A stretch of 64,000 bases of DNA from an uncultured Methanomicrobiaceae archaeon (GTDB lineage Archaea; Halobacteriota; Methanomicrobia; Methanomicrobiales; Methanoculleaceae). The translations under genes were made by a program, and so were the position numbers. Positions within the stretch are counted from its first letter, which is position 1, and every line of letters begins with the position of its first letter. The notes under the pieces were generated by a model that was not told where the DNA came from, ran no database searches, and worked only from the letters and a program-made list of their open reading frames with translations. Below, one piece after another: positions 43,633-52,994 of this stretch. The stretch spans positions 800,001-864,000 of the forward strand of contig CAWGXH010000004.1 of assembly GCA_963826525.1 (NCBI GenBank), written 5' to 3'.

Positions 43633-44618
43633 ACATACCTACCGTGAGGCGGGAGTCGATATCGACCTCGAGGCCGCAGCCGTCCGGTCACTGATCAGCC
43701 GGCTCTCCTACCGGCGGGAAGGCGCTTTCTCCATGCTCGGCAAAGTCGGGCACTTCGCGGGGCTGATCGAGTTCGGTGAGCACGTCCTCGCGCTTGCCGT
43801 CGACGGCGTCGGTACGAAGATGCTGATCGCCGACGAACTCGCCGACTGGCGGACGGTCGGGATCGACTGCATCGCCATGAACGTCAACGACCTCTATGTG
43901 ATGAACCTCGAACCCGTCGCGTTCGTCGACTACATCGCCACCGATGCGCTCTCGGTCGAGAAGATGGCGCAGATAGGCGAGGGTCTCAACGAGGGCGCGC
44001 GGCTTGCCAACATGAACATCGTCGGCGGCGAGACCGCCACCCTGAAGGGCCTCGTGAACGGCCTTGACCTTGCAGGCACCTGCCTTGGTGTCCAGCGGAA
44101 GGAGAAGGTCGTCACCGGTGAAGCGATCGCCCCGGGTGACGTCATCGTCGGCGTCCCGTCAAGCGGAATCCACAGCAACGGCCTGACGCTTGCGCGAAAG
44201 GTCGTGGACGAGTGCGCCTCCTACACGACCGCGCTTCCGAATGGAAAGACGCTCGGTGAGGAACTTTTAACCCCTACCCGGATCTACTCCGAGGTGCTGG
44301 CGGTGACGGATGCCTGCGCCGTCCACGGGATGTGCCACATCACCGGCGGCGGCCTCTTAAACCTCCTCCGGCTCGCTGACCTCGGGTTTTCGATCACCGA
44401 TCCGCTTGAGGTTCCGCCGATCTTCCGCTGGCTCCGGGAGACCGGAAATATCGGAACAGTGGAGATGTACCGCACCTTCAACATGGGTATGGGATATGCG
44501 TTCGTCGTACCCGAGGAGAGCGTCTCCTGCATCCGATCGATCGTCCCGGACGCACGGGTCGTCGGCGAGGTCGTGCGCGAGCACGGCGCCTTCATCGAAG
44601 GGACAGAAGTAAGCGTAA
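43625..44618 (+). CDS. purM: Phosphoribosylformylglycinamidine cyclo-ligase (stop apparently lost by an indel near 44612)
   Basis: 'YREAGVD', 'DGVGTK', 'GGETA', 'SSGIHSNG', 'HITGGG', 'TFNMGMG'. Confidence 0.93.
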
Positions 44619-44674
44619 GAAAAGGTGGAGAGGGCTTCTGGCCGCTCCTCATTTCGGTGTCTTTTTTTATCCGG

Positions 44675-44911
44675 CTAGGAGCCGCCGCCATGCTCCTCGA
44701 AGTAGTGCATCGCCTCGGGGACGTACTTTTCGACCTCCCGCAGGAAGTTCTTGGTGAGATGTGCGTCGGCGATACGGAGAGACTGCTGCATCGCCCGTTC
44801 TGTCTCCTGCGAGAGCCCGCCTTTTTCTGCCATCTCTGCCCTGATTGTGTGCACGGCGTTGTCGACGTCCTGTTCGCTCTCCCACTTCGTTACGGTTATC
44901 GTTCGCGCCAT
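44675..44911 (-). CDS. Small hypothetical protein
   Basis: 78-aa ORF MARTITVTKWESEQD... with upstream SD-like GAGG. Confidence 0.6.
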   Translation of the reverse strand: MARTITVTKWESEQDVDNAVHTIRAEMAEKGGLSQETERAMQQSLRIADAHLTKNFLREVEKYVPEAMHYFEEHGGGS

Positions 44912-44989
44912 TTCTCATGCCTCACGGTGGCCGTATGTGGGCAGAGCACCTATTTTAGGTTAACCCCTCCCGGGGCGGAAAAAAGGATG

Positions 44990-45517
44990 TCAGATCTCCG
45001 AAGGATCCAGCAGTATCTTCTCGGCCTTCTCACTGATGAGCGCGCTGTTCCCCGCGGGGTCCTCGAGGATCAGCGTGAACGGCGGTGTCCCTTCCTTCGC
45101 CGCCACAATCCGGCTCAGCACATCTTCAGCCCGGTCGCGCTCATCCTCCGTCTCCGGATTCATGAGAATGCCTGCGACGGCCTGCTCGAACCGGTTCAGG
45201 ACACCTTCGATATTGGTGACGAATCCCTCGCAGGCACTGCCGGGCTCGACCTTCAGGCCGAGCTCGGGGATCTCGATAGTGCCGGAGGTGCTCCGCACGA
45301 CCCTGATAGCGAGGTCGGCGGGCTCTTCGACCCGCACCGTCCACCTAACGGGGTCGCCCTCGCCGAGGATGATGGTATCGATGTGGCGGTAGCCGCATTC
45401 GCCGCAGGAGATGCTCACAAGGAGGATATCCGAGAAATGCGGGACCTCGAGACGGTGGTGGACGATCGGAATCTCATTTCCACATCCGGGGCAGGTGCCC
45501 TGGTACTGCTCTCGCAC
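44990..45517 (-). CDS. ZPR1 zinc-finger protein
   Basis: CPGCG...CGECGY, 'VVRS..GTIEIPELG', 'EGFVTNIEG', 'DPAGNS'. Confidence 0.93.
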   Translation of the reverse strand: MREQYQGTCPGCGNEIPIVHHRLEVPHFSDILLVSISCGECGYRHIDTIILGEGDPVRWTVRVEEPADLAIRVVRSTSGTIEIPELGLKVEPGSACEGFVTNIEGVLNRFEQAVAGILMNPETEDERDRAEDVLSRIVAAKEGTPPFTLILEDPAGNSALISEKAEKILLDPSEI

Positions 45518-45894
45518 TAGAGTCCTCCGCCGATCTTGTCGCGCGAGACCTTCACGGACATGGGGGTGAGCACGACGTACTTCTGTTCGCCGAGCCCGAC
45601 GATATCTCCGTTGACGTCACGTGCGACGTCCCGGAGGTCTTTTAAGACGCGCTCGAAGGTGATCTTGTCCATCTTGAGCCGCCCGATATCGACGATGACG
45701 ATGTTGCCGTTGTAGACTTCGTCTTTCACGCGAGGTGTGTCCTTGAGGTCCGTTATCGTCGCGATCTTGACGTACATCGATGCTGGCGCATCGTCGCCCG
45801 TCCCCTCGTAGGATGCGAGATCCAGCTCCATATAGTCGTCGTCGCTTTTAGTGCTGGTTTTCCCGAGGATACTGTCGAATATCTTCTTAACCAT
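45517..45894 (-). CDS. sepF: Cell division protein SepF
   Basis: 'VKDEVYNGNIVIVD', 'VNGDIVG', 'VLTP..VKV'. Confidence 0.9.
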   Translation of the reverse strand: MVKKIFDSILGKTSTKSDDDYMELDLASYEGTGDDAPASMYVKIATITDLKDTPRVKDEVYNGNIVIVDIGRLKMDKITFERVLKDLRDVARDVNGDIVGLGEQKYVVLTPMSVKVSRDKIGGGL

Positions 45895-45943
45895 GAAAAA
45901 AGTGTAGAATGAATTTTATTTAATAGTATCTTTTGATTCCGGG

Positions 45944-46441
45944 TCAGATCTCAAGATTCCAGATGTCGTCTCCGACATAATGAATGCTCCTGACCGATTT
46001 TCCCTTCTCCTGTGCCTCCATCTCGGCGGCATCGAGGAGAGCGACCCCGACAGCGAGCGGTTTTCCGTGGCGCTCCTCCACAACCTGCACCGGGGCTCCT
46101 GCGCGGACGTCAGGCGAGATTGCGACAATCCCAGGGCGCATGATATCCGCCCCGTTCACGACAAATCTGACCGCCCCCTGGTCGACGACCACCCTCCGCA
46201 TGGAGAGGGGGTGCTCGATAAGCCCCCTGACTGTCGGGAAGACCCATCCGTCATGCCGCATCAGGAGCGGCTTTTTATTGACCAGGTAGAGCTCGAAGTC
46301 GGAGTCGGTCTCGGCAAGTTCGATACGTTCGGCAGCAAAGAGCGTGGCTGCATCGCCGATCTCGTCGGCAAGCCCGGTCATGAGCTGTCCGAGCTGTGAT
46401 TTCCGGATGGAATGGCGTTTTTTTACGATAATTTTAGGCAT
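45944..46441 (-). CDS. PUA-domain RNA-binding protein (MCT-1/Tma20-like)
   Basis: 'FPTVRG', 'VDQGAVRFVVNGADIMRPGI', 'HYVGD.IW'. Confidence 0.9.
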   Translation of the reverse strand: MPKIIVKKRHSIRKSQLGQLMTGLADEIGDAATLFAAERIELAETDSDFELYLVNKKPLLMRHDGWVFPTVRGLIEHPLSMRRVVVDQGAVRFVVNGADIMRPGIVAISPDVRAGAPVQVVEERHGKPLAVGVALLDAAEMEAQEKGKSVRSIHYVGDDIWNLEI

Positions 46442-46563
46442 TGTTGCAGACCTCATCGGGTAAAATGTGCTGCGGAATACTTCTGTCCCTGGAACTCGGT
46501 TATATTTAAGTCACTTACTCACTCAAATATATTACTCCGAAATGGACGGCACAGGGTAATCAT

Positions 46564-46791
46564 ATGACGCGAAGACCGTTAGATATTTTAGATCAGGGTA
46601 CTGAATCGTCAGCCCGTTATCATCAGTCTCAAGGGTGGAAGGGAGATTCGAGGGGTATGCAGGGATACGACGTGCACATGAATCTTGTACTGGACAAAGC
46701 GGAGGATGAAGTCGACGGGCAGGTCCGCAAGCTCGGGACGCTCATCGTTCGCGGAGACAACGTGATATACATTACACCATCAGTCGAATAA
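46564..46791 (+). CDS. Sm/LSm-like protein (two compensating indels near 46597 and 46657)
   Basis: 'RPLDIL', 'GYDVHMNLVL', 'IVRGDNV'; the alternative frame restores VLNRQPVIISLKGGREIRG. Confidence 0.92.
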   Translation: MTRRPLDILDQGTESSARYHQSQGWKGDSRGMQGYDVHMNLVLDKAEDEVDGQVRKLGTLIVRGDNVIYITPSVE

Positions 46792-46805
46792 TCAGGTGAT
46801 ACGAC

Positions 46806-46989
46806 ATGAGTAAGGGCACACCTTCAATGGGAAAGCGGAACAAGAGAACACACATCGCCTGCAGGCGGTGCGGTAAGATCTCGTTCCACGCACGGCACAA
46901 AGAATGTTCCGCCTGTGGTTTTGGTCGGAGCAGCCGTATGCGCAGTCTACAGATGGACAGAAAAGAAAGCAAAGGTTCCAACCCACTAG
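46806..46989 (+). CDS. rpl37e: 50S ribosomal protein L37e (indel near 46947)
   Basis: [23 protein letters not shown]...CSACGFG. Confidence 0.95.
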
Positions 46990-46998
46990 AGTTGTACT

Positions 46999-48436
46999 AT
47001 GTGTGGTATCGTTGGCATCGTCGATGCTGGCGGTGTCTCGTTCCAGCTGTGACTATGCCCTGTACGCTCTCCAGCACCGTGGACAGGAGAGCGCAGGGAT
47101 CTCCACTTTTGACGGCAAAAGCCTCTATAAGCACAAAGGACAGGGGCTTGTTGCAGAGGTCTTCGACGAAGATATTCTCCGGGAACTGAAAGGCAACGTC
47201 GGTATCGGGCATGTCCGGTATCCGACGACCGGCGCGAAGATTCCCGAGAATGTTCAGCCCTTCAACTTCAGGTACAAAGGACGGGACCTCGCGATCATCC
47301 ATAATGGAAATCTCGTAAATACGCAGGCGCTCCGGCAGGAGTACGAACAGCGCGGGCAGATCTTCTGCACAACCACCGATACCGAGATCATTGCAAACAT
47401 CATTGCCGACGAACTCCGCACCTCGAACAGCATGGAGGATGCAGTCCTCCTCTGTATGCGGCGCCTGGAAGGATCGTACTCCGTTGTCGTCATGCTTGAC
47501 GATACGCTCTATGCGTTCCGCGATCCCCTCGGGATCAAGCCGCTCTGCATCGGAAAGACCGACCAGGGATACGTCCTTGCCTCGGAGAGCGTAGCGATAG
47601 ATGCTTTTGGAGGAACCTTCGTCAGGGATGTGATGCCGGGAGAGCTCGTCCGCGTGAACGCCGACGGGCTCTCGGCCACCCGGATGGCAGTGGCCAGCCA
47701 CACGGCGCACTGTATCTTCGAGTACGTGTACTTCGCCCGCGCGGACTCGACGATGGACGGAACGCTCGTCTACGACGTCCGGCAGAAGATAGGCCAGAAA
47801 CTCTATGAGTCCGATCACCTGCAGGCGGATATCGTCTGTCCGGTGCCCGACTCCGGCACCGCCTATGCGGCCGGGTATGCCATGCGCTCCGGGGTTCCCT
47901 TCCTCGAGGGCTTGATGAAGAACCGGTATATGGGCAGAACATTCATCATGCCTACTCAAGCGCAGCGGGAGCAGGCGGTCAGGATCAAGCTCAATCCGAT
48001 CCGGGAGAACTTAAAAGACCGGAAGGTGGTGCTGGTGGACGACTCTATCGTCCGGGGCACGACGTCCCGGCGTATCGTGAATATGATCCATGAGGCGGGT
48101 GCCGATGAGGTGCACGTCCGGGTCGGTTCGCCTCCCATCATCGCACCCTGTTATCTCGGGGTCGATATGCCCACACGGAAAGAGCTGATCGCGAGCGGGA
48201 AGGCGGAAGCGACTGTCAGGGACAGTATTGCAGCCACATCGCTCACCTACATCTCGCTCGACGCTCTGGTCGAGGCGATCGGGATCGACCGGTGCAACCT
48301 CTGCACCGGGTGCCTGACCGGTCACTATCCGGTTGAGATTCCGGGAGAAAAGTCCTGCCGCTGTGCAATCACCTACGTGGACGGCACCTATCAGTCGGAT
48401 CTCACCTCGTTTGAGGCCGGTCAGGGCACATCCTGA
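46999..48436 (+). CDS. purF: Amidophosphoribosyltransferase (indel near 47050)
   Basis: ATG 46999 MCGIVG; '[10 protein letters not shown]', 'GHVRY', '[12 protein letters not shown]', '[10 protein letters not shown]'. Confidence 0.96.
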
Positions 48437-48532
48437 CCTTTTTTTACGAAATTTTTTCGCCTATCGAAGAACTCTGTGGCTATCGTCCGAAGGCTGAGTA
48501 CGTGCGAAAAGAAGAACGGAAGCAGCGTCTGA

Positions 48533-48607
48533 TAGCGAGGGATGGATTTGAACCATCGATCTACGGGTTATGAGCCCGTCGGGATTTCCTGACTACCCCA
48601 CCTCGCT
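48533..48607 (-). tRNA. tRNA-Met(CAU), initiator type
   Basis: AGCGAGG...ACGGG-CTCATAA-CCCGT...GGTTCAAATCC...CCTCGCTA; A1-U72 pair and three G-C pairs in the anticodon stem; CCA not encoded. Confidence 0.96.
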
Positions 48608-48656
48608 CCTTGTAGCATTGGGTGTTTGCGAAAAGAAGGACGGAAGCAGCGCCTGA

Positions 48657-48731
48657 TAGCGAGGGATGGATTTGAACCATCGATCTACGGGTTATGAGCC
48701 CGTCGGGATTTCCTGACTACCCCACCTCGCT
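48657..48731 (-). tRNA. tRNA-Met(CAU), initiator type, second identical copy
   Basis: Same 75-nt sequence as 48533-48607; TATA-like TATATAA near 48773-48779. Confidence 0.96.
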
Positions 48732-48857
48732 CCTTGTAGCATCAGAGTCTATACCTTATTGACTGTATCACGTTATATACGTTTCTGCAGTCTCCGTTCG
48801 GTGTGCATCGAATTTCTCAACAATCATAAATAGATCCTATTCCTTACCCCCACGTGT

Positions 48858-49277
48858 ATGGAGGAGAAGAGAACCGGGGACGATGACCTTGCGCGTCTGC
48901 GGGAGCAGCGGCTGCGCCAGATTCAGGAGGCTGCACTCCGGAAGCGGGAAGGAACCGTTATCGACCTCACTGATGTGAACTTTGCAGAGACGATCCGGCA
49001 GCACGCCTACGTCGTCGTTGATTTCTGGGCGGAGTGGTGCGGGCCATGTCGGATGGTATCCCCGACGGTCGAAGAGCTTGCGGGGGAGTATGCGGGCAGA
49101 GTGACCTTCGGCAAGTGTGACGTCGATGAGAACCGGTGGGCGGGAAGCAGTTTCGGGATATCGGCGATACCGACGCTTCTCTTCTTCGCAAACGGCCAGG
49201 TCGTCGACCGAATTGTCGGGGTGCAGTCAAAGGCCGTCATCCAGTCGCGGATGGATCGCGCGTTCTCGTCGCTCTGA
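48858..49277 (+). CDS. trxA: Thioredoxin
   Basis: 'DFWAEWCGPC', 'IPT'. Confidence 0.95.
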   Translation: MEEKRTGDDDLARLREQRLRQIQEAALRKREGTVIDLTDVNFAETIRQHAYVVVDFWAEWCGPCRMVSPTVEELAGEYAGRVTFGKCDVDENRWAGSSFGISAIPTLLFFANGQVVDRIVGVQSKAVIQSRMDRAFSSL

Positions 49278-49315
49278 TAGGTGAAGAACTGTCCCATCCT
49301 CGTTTAAAAATAGAT

Positions 49316-50894
49316 TTATGTAGTTTCGGCAGGACCCGGGGCTCCCGCAAGACTCCGATCGATCAGCCAGCCTGCCGCCAGCGCGACGATCGAGAGCGGC
49401 AGTGCAATGACCAGAGGGTCGATGACCGGCCACGGCATCGGAAGAAGGCTCTCCGCACCGAAGAGGAACTCCGAGAGGCCGAGCACTGCCGACTCTTTGA
49501 CGTGGACGAAGGCTGTCCAGAGGAACCAGACGACCGCACCCGTCACCACGCTGTACTTCGCGCCCCGGAGCGACGGCCGGTCGGAGAAGAGCGCGAGCAG
49601 CGTACGCCGGGAGGAATGCGGCGGCGCCGAGGCCCATGAACATCGCCGTCGCCCGGGCGATGATGCTGCCGGGCATGACGTAGGCGAGCAGGACGGAGAC
49701 GACGATCATCGCGACGGTAGCGATCTGGATCGCCCGCATCGACGGCTTTTCGCTGCGGGTATGGCGCCAGATATCGAATCCGAGACTCGTTCCCATGGTA
49801 TGGAAGAGCGAGCTTAACGTGGACATGGCGGCGGCGAGAAGTGCCAGCATGAAGACGATGATGAAGAGATCGGGCATCGCTGCGTTGATGTACAGGGGGA
49901 TGATCGTGTCGATGTTTCCGGCCGTCGCCGCCTGCATCGCGATCTCGCCTTGTGTCTGGTAGAAGTAGACGTTGGTCAGCGGCCCGACGGTGAAGGCAAC
50001 CCCGGTCATCATCAGGATGAACGGCCCGCCGACGAGCACCGCGCGGTTGATGGATCTGCTGTCCTTGACGGTCATGAACCTGACCACGAGCTGCGGCTGG
50101 GCGAGGACGCCTATCCCGACGCCGAGGATGAGTGTCGTAACCAGGGTATACCAGAGGGACGATCCGAGTTCGGGCATGGATGCCCATCCGGTCATCCCGG
50201 CGGCCGCTAGCCCGGCGGGCACCTCGCTTGAGAGGGCGTCGAGGGCCGCATGAGCGTTCGTAATGCCGCCGAGGAGCAGGTAGGTGAGCACGAGCAGCGC
50301 TGTCATGCCGACGAGCATGATCGCGCCCTGGAGGGCATCGGTATACATGACGGCGATCAGGCCGCCGACCACGACGTAGAGGGCGACGACGGCGGCGAAT
50401 GCGAGGAGGGCGGTGTCGTAGGGTATCTGCAGGGTGCTGGTGAGGAACTGCGCTCCCCCGATCAGGATGGCGGCTGTATACAGCGGCATGCCGACGACGA
50501 TCAGAAAGCCGGTGAACGTCTGCATGAAGGGTGAGTTGTAGCACTTCCCCATCAGGTCCGGGAAGGTGACCGCATTCAGGCGCTGCCCGATCCGTCGTGT
50601 TCTCTTTCCGAAGACCACGAAGGCGAGGAGGACACCGACGCCGATGCAGAGGACGGTCAGCCACATAAGCCCCATCCCGAGTTGCGCTGCTGCTCCGCCG
50701 AAGCCGATGATTGCCGAGGTGGAGATGAAGGTAGCGCCGTAGGAGAGTGCAAGGACAACCGGGTGGATCTTTCTCCCGGCGACCATGTAGTCGTCGTGAC
50801 CCTGGGTCTTTCTGTACCCGAGGTATCCAAGGCCGATGACCATCAGGAGATAGACGATGGTCACCAGAGCAAACGTAAGCGTATCAACTGCCAT
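49316..50894 (-). CDS. Sodium:solute symporter (SSS) family protein; indel near 49600
   Basis: 'DYMVAGR', 'SYGATFISTSAIIGFGG', 'VMYTDALQG', 'QPQLVVRFM', 'AAAMST'. Confidence 0.93.
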
Positions 50895-51009
50895 TACTAT
50901 CATCAAGCCCTGTATTCCAGTTCAGAATGCCATACACGATACACGCAAGCGTAAGGCCGATAGCAAGCACGTATGCAAACCCGATAACGGGATCAGTAAT
51001 TCCAAGCAT
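50884..51009 (-). CDS. Symporter small accessory membrane protein (41 aa; absent from ORF track)
   Basis: Hand translation MLGITDPVIGFAYVLAIGLTLACIVYGILNWNTGLDDSNGS; SD GGGAGG; overlaps the SSS start. Confidence 0.85.
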   Translation of the reverse strand: MLGITDPVIGFAYVLAIGLTLACIVYGILNWNTGLDDSNGS

Positions 51010-51072
51010 AATAGTCCTCCCGGTAACAGGTTACCGGATCAATCCACGGGAACACAGCGTCGTGCCGGTTCC

Positions 51073-51147
51073 CTATCTAAAGCTAAAGAAAAAGGCGAAT
51101 GCGTTCTGCACGTCGGTGCAACCGGGGTTCACGCTGAAATTAGCCAT
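51073..51147 (-). promoter_or_regulatory. Putative Phe-rich leader peptide (uORF) MANFSVNPGCTDVQNAFAFFFSFR of an attenuator
   Basis: ATG 51147, TAG 51073; 6 Phe codons, 5 in the last 8; TATA TTTAAATA at 51189-51182; hairpins downstream. Confidence 0.6.
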
Positions 51148-51442
51148 CGGTGAATGTCCCGCCTATCATAGGGCTTCCGGATATTTAAATCGGCATGATC
51201 GGTGACCGGAATTTCGACCGTCTCCGATGGAGAGTCCCGACGCTGCCGTCGGAACCGTATCCTTCCTCCTCCTCATGGGATAGGCCTTGTGAAGGCCGGT
51301 GTCGTTACGGTGGCCGGGCACATCCTCCTCCCGGTCTCCTGCCGGGGAAAGGTTCGCAAAAGGAGGCGCCCGCTGCTGCCTAGCAGTCGGCCAAAAAGAC
51401 GCTCGGGGGTATATCTTCCCCATGATAACTGGCTGTAGCAGG

Positions 51443-52822
51443 TCAGTAGTGCCGGCGCATGAACTCGCGGATCGATGCCGACTCGATCCACCCGGAGTCC
51501 AGTCTGCTGATGATGCTGTGAATGGTGTATGCCTGTTCAATGATCTTCGTCGAAGCAGGGTTCTCATCCATGCATGCAAGCCCCACGATCACCTGGAGGG
51601 GGTTTCTGATATGGTCGCCGAGAATGGCAAACTGTTCGATATTCTTATCGATCTGGATATATGCCTCGCGCCTCTCCTCCTCGAGCTCGGAGAGTTTCAG
51701 AGCGGATCCAAGGTCGTTTGCAAGCGTTGCAAGAAGACTCGTCTCCTCTGCGGTGAAGCGGCCGCTATCGGTGCGGACGACAGCGATGACACCGACCGAT
51801 TCGCTCCCGGCAATCATGGGGATCGCCCGGATCTCCCCGACGGAATCAAGCCCTATGCAGAGGGCTTCGCCCTCTGCCAGATGCTCCGATACGATGGTGC
51901 CCGTTCGGTAGGCGGATTCGATGAAGCGGCGCAGAGGACGGTTATGTGAAATTCCGGCGTAGCGATCGTCGGAGATGGAGAAGAGGGATATCCTCTCCTC
52001 CTTCCCGAGCCAGATCGATACTATCAGTCCCTCCCGAATGCTCCCGAGCCTGTGGCAGGCCTTTCGAAGGAGGCTGCGCTCGTCCCGCTCCCGCACGAGG
52101 ATGCCCGATAACTCGCTTGCGCCCCGGAGCAGCAGCTCGGCCTCCCTCCGTTCGGTCATATCGACGACGGTGCAGATGGCGGTCGTCGGGGAGAGCGCTC
52201 CGGCAGAGAGCACTGCGTACCTGCATGCTCCCCCGCGGGTGACGAGCGTTCCTTCGTAGTTCACGACAGTGTCCTCTTTCTCGATCTGATACATGAACTG
52301 CCGGAGTTCCTCGTTTTTCTGCCAGATCTTTCGCAGGTTTGCTCCCACCAGGTCGTCGGCGCCGTAGCCGAGCATCTCGGCGCATCGCCGGTTCACCTCG
52401 GTGATCCGGAGGCTCTCTCTGTCGACGAGGAAGATCCCTGCCTGCGAATTGCCGAAGATCCCGTGGTACTTCTTCTCCTGCTCGCGGAGGCGGTCGAGGA
52501 GGTACGCGACGATCCCCGAGATGCCCACCATGGCGACGAACTGAACCGTCCCTTCTGTCAGTGCGACCGTCTCGGGGTAGGTGATCAGATAGACGAGGCC
52601 GATGTAGAGTGTGGCGAGCCCGATGGCAAGGTGGAACCCTCGCTGCCGGTACCGGAAGATGGCGAGGAGGATCGGGATATAGAAGAGGTTGGGGAAGATG
52701 CCGTTGATGCCGTGCGACAGGCCGTATGCGGTTATGGTGAGCGATACGGCTGAGGTGATCAGAATCGCGGCAAGCCATCGATCCCGGAGGTATCCGGCGG
52801 CAGGGATGGGGGGGCACCACAT
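51443..52822 (-). CDS. Membrane PAS/GAF sensor with a HisKA-like helix but no ATPase domain
   Basis: About 4 TM segments, PAS ('IFGNSQAGIF..VN...MLGY'), GAF, 'ILGDHIRNPLQVI', stop about 45 aa later. Confidence 0.8.
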   Translation of the reverse strand: MWCPPIPAAGYLRDRWLAAILITSAVSLTITAYGLSHGINGIFPNLFYIPILLAIFRYRQRGFHLAIGLATLYIGLVYLITYPETVALTEGTVQFVAMVGISGIVAYLLDRLREQEKKYHGIFGNSQAGIFLVDRESLRITEVNRRCAEMLGYGADDLVGANLRKIWQKNEELRQFMYQIEKEDTVVNYEGTLVTRGGACRYAVLSAGALSPTTAICTVVDMTERREAELLLRGASELSGILVRERDERSLLRKACHRLGSIREGLIVSIWLGKEERISLFSISDDRYAGISHNRPLRRFIESAYRTGTIVSEHLAEGEALCIGLDSVGEIRAIPMIAGSESVGVIAVVRTDSGRFTAEETSLLATLANDLGSALKLSELEEERREAYIQIDKNIEQFAILGDHIRNPLQVIVGLACMDENPASTKIIEQAYTIHSIISRLDSGWIESASIREFMRRHY

Positions 52823-52994
52823 AATTCTACCTATGCGGTGGCAATCAATAAGTCCACCGGTATTGTGGCTCTGATGCGGCTCAAGCCTCTCGGAATTCCC
52901 CTGTTCCGGAGACAGGGCTCATGGCCGTCGGCGGATATGCCTTCCGCCCGCCTGTCCGCTGCAGTGCCGCCGCGGTATCGCCGCGGCTCTTCCG

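Larger units (their letters stand above)
48503..48742. repeat. Tandem direct repeat, period 124 bp, each unit carrying a tRNA-iMet and its flanks
   Basis: 48503-48618 vs 48627-48742 differ at about 2 flank positions. Confidence 0.95.

Noticed and set aside
43562-45520. 652-aa PurM with a long C-terminal extension
   Set aside because: The extension is antisense to the small ORF and ZPR1; removing one base near 44612 restores TAA at the normal length
44990-48436. ZPR1-sepF-PUA and Sm-L37e-purF clustering
   Set aside because: Familiar conserved euryarchaeal gene order
48503-48742. tRNA repeat as att site or CRISPR-like array
   Set aside because: Two complete tRNAs with 8 bp between units; no integrase, cargo, spacers or cas genes
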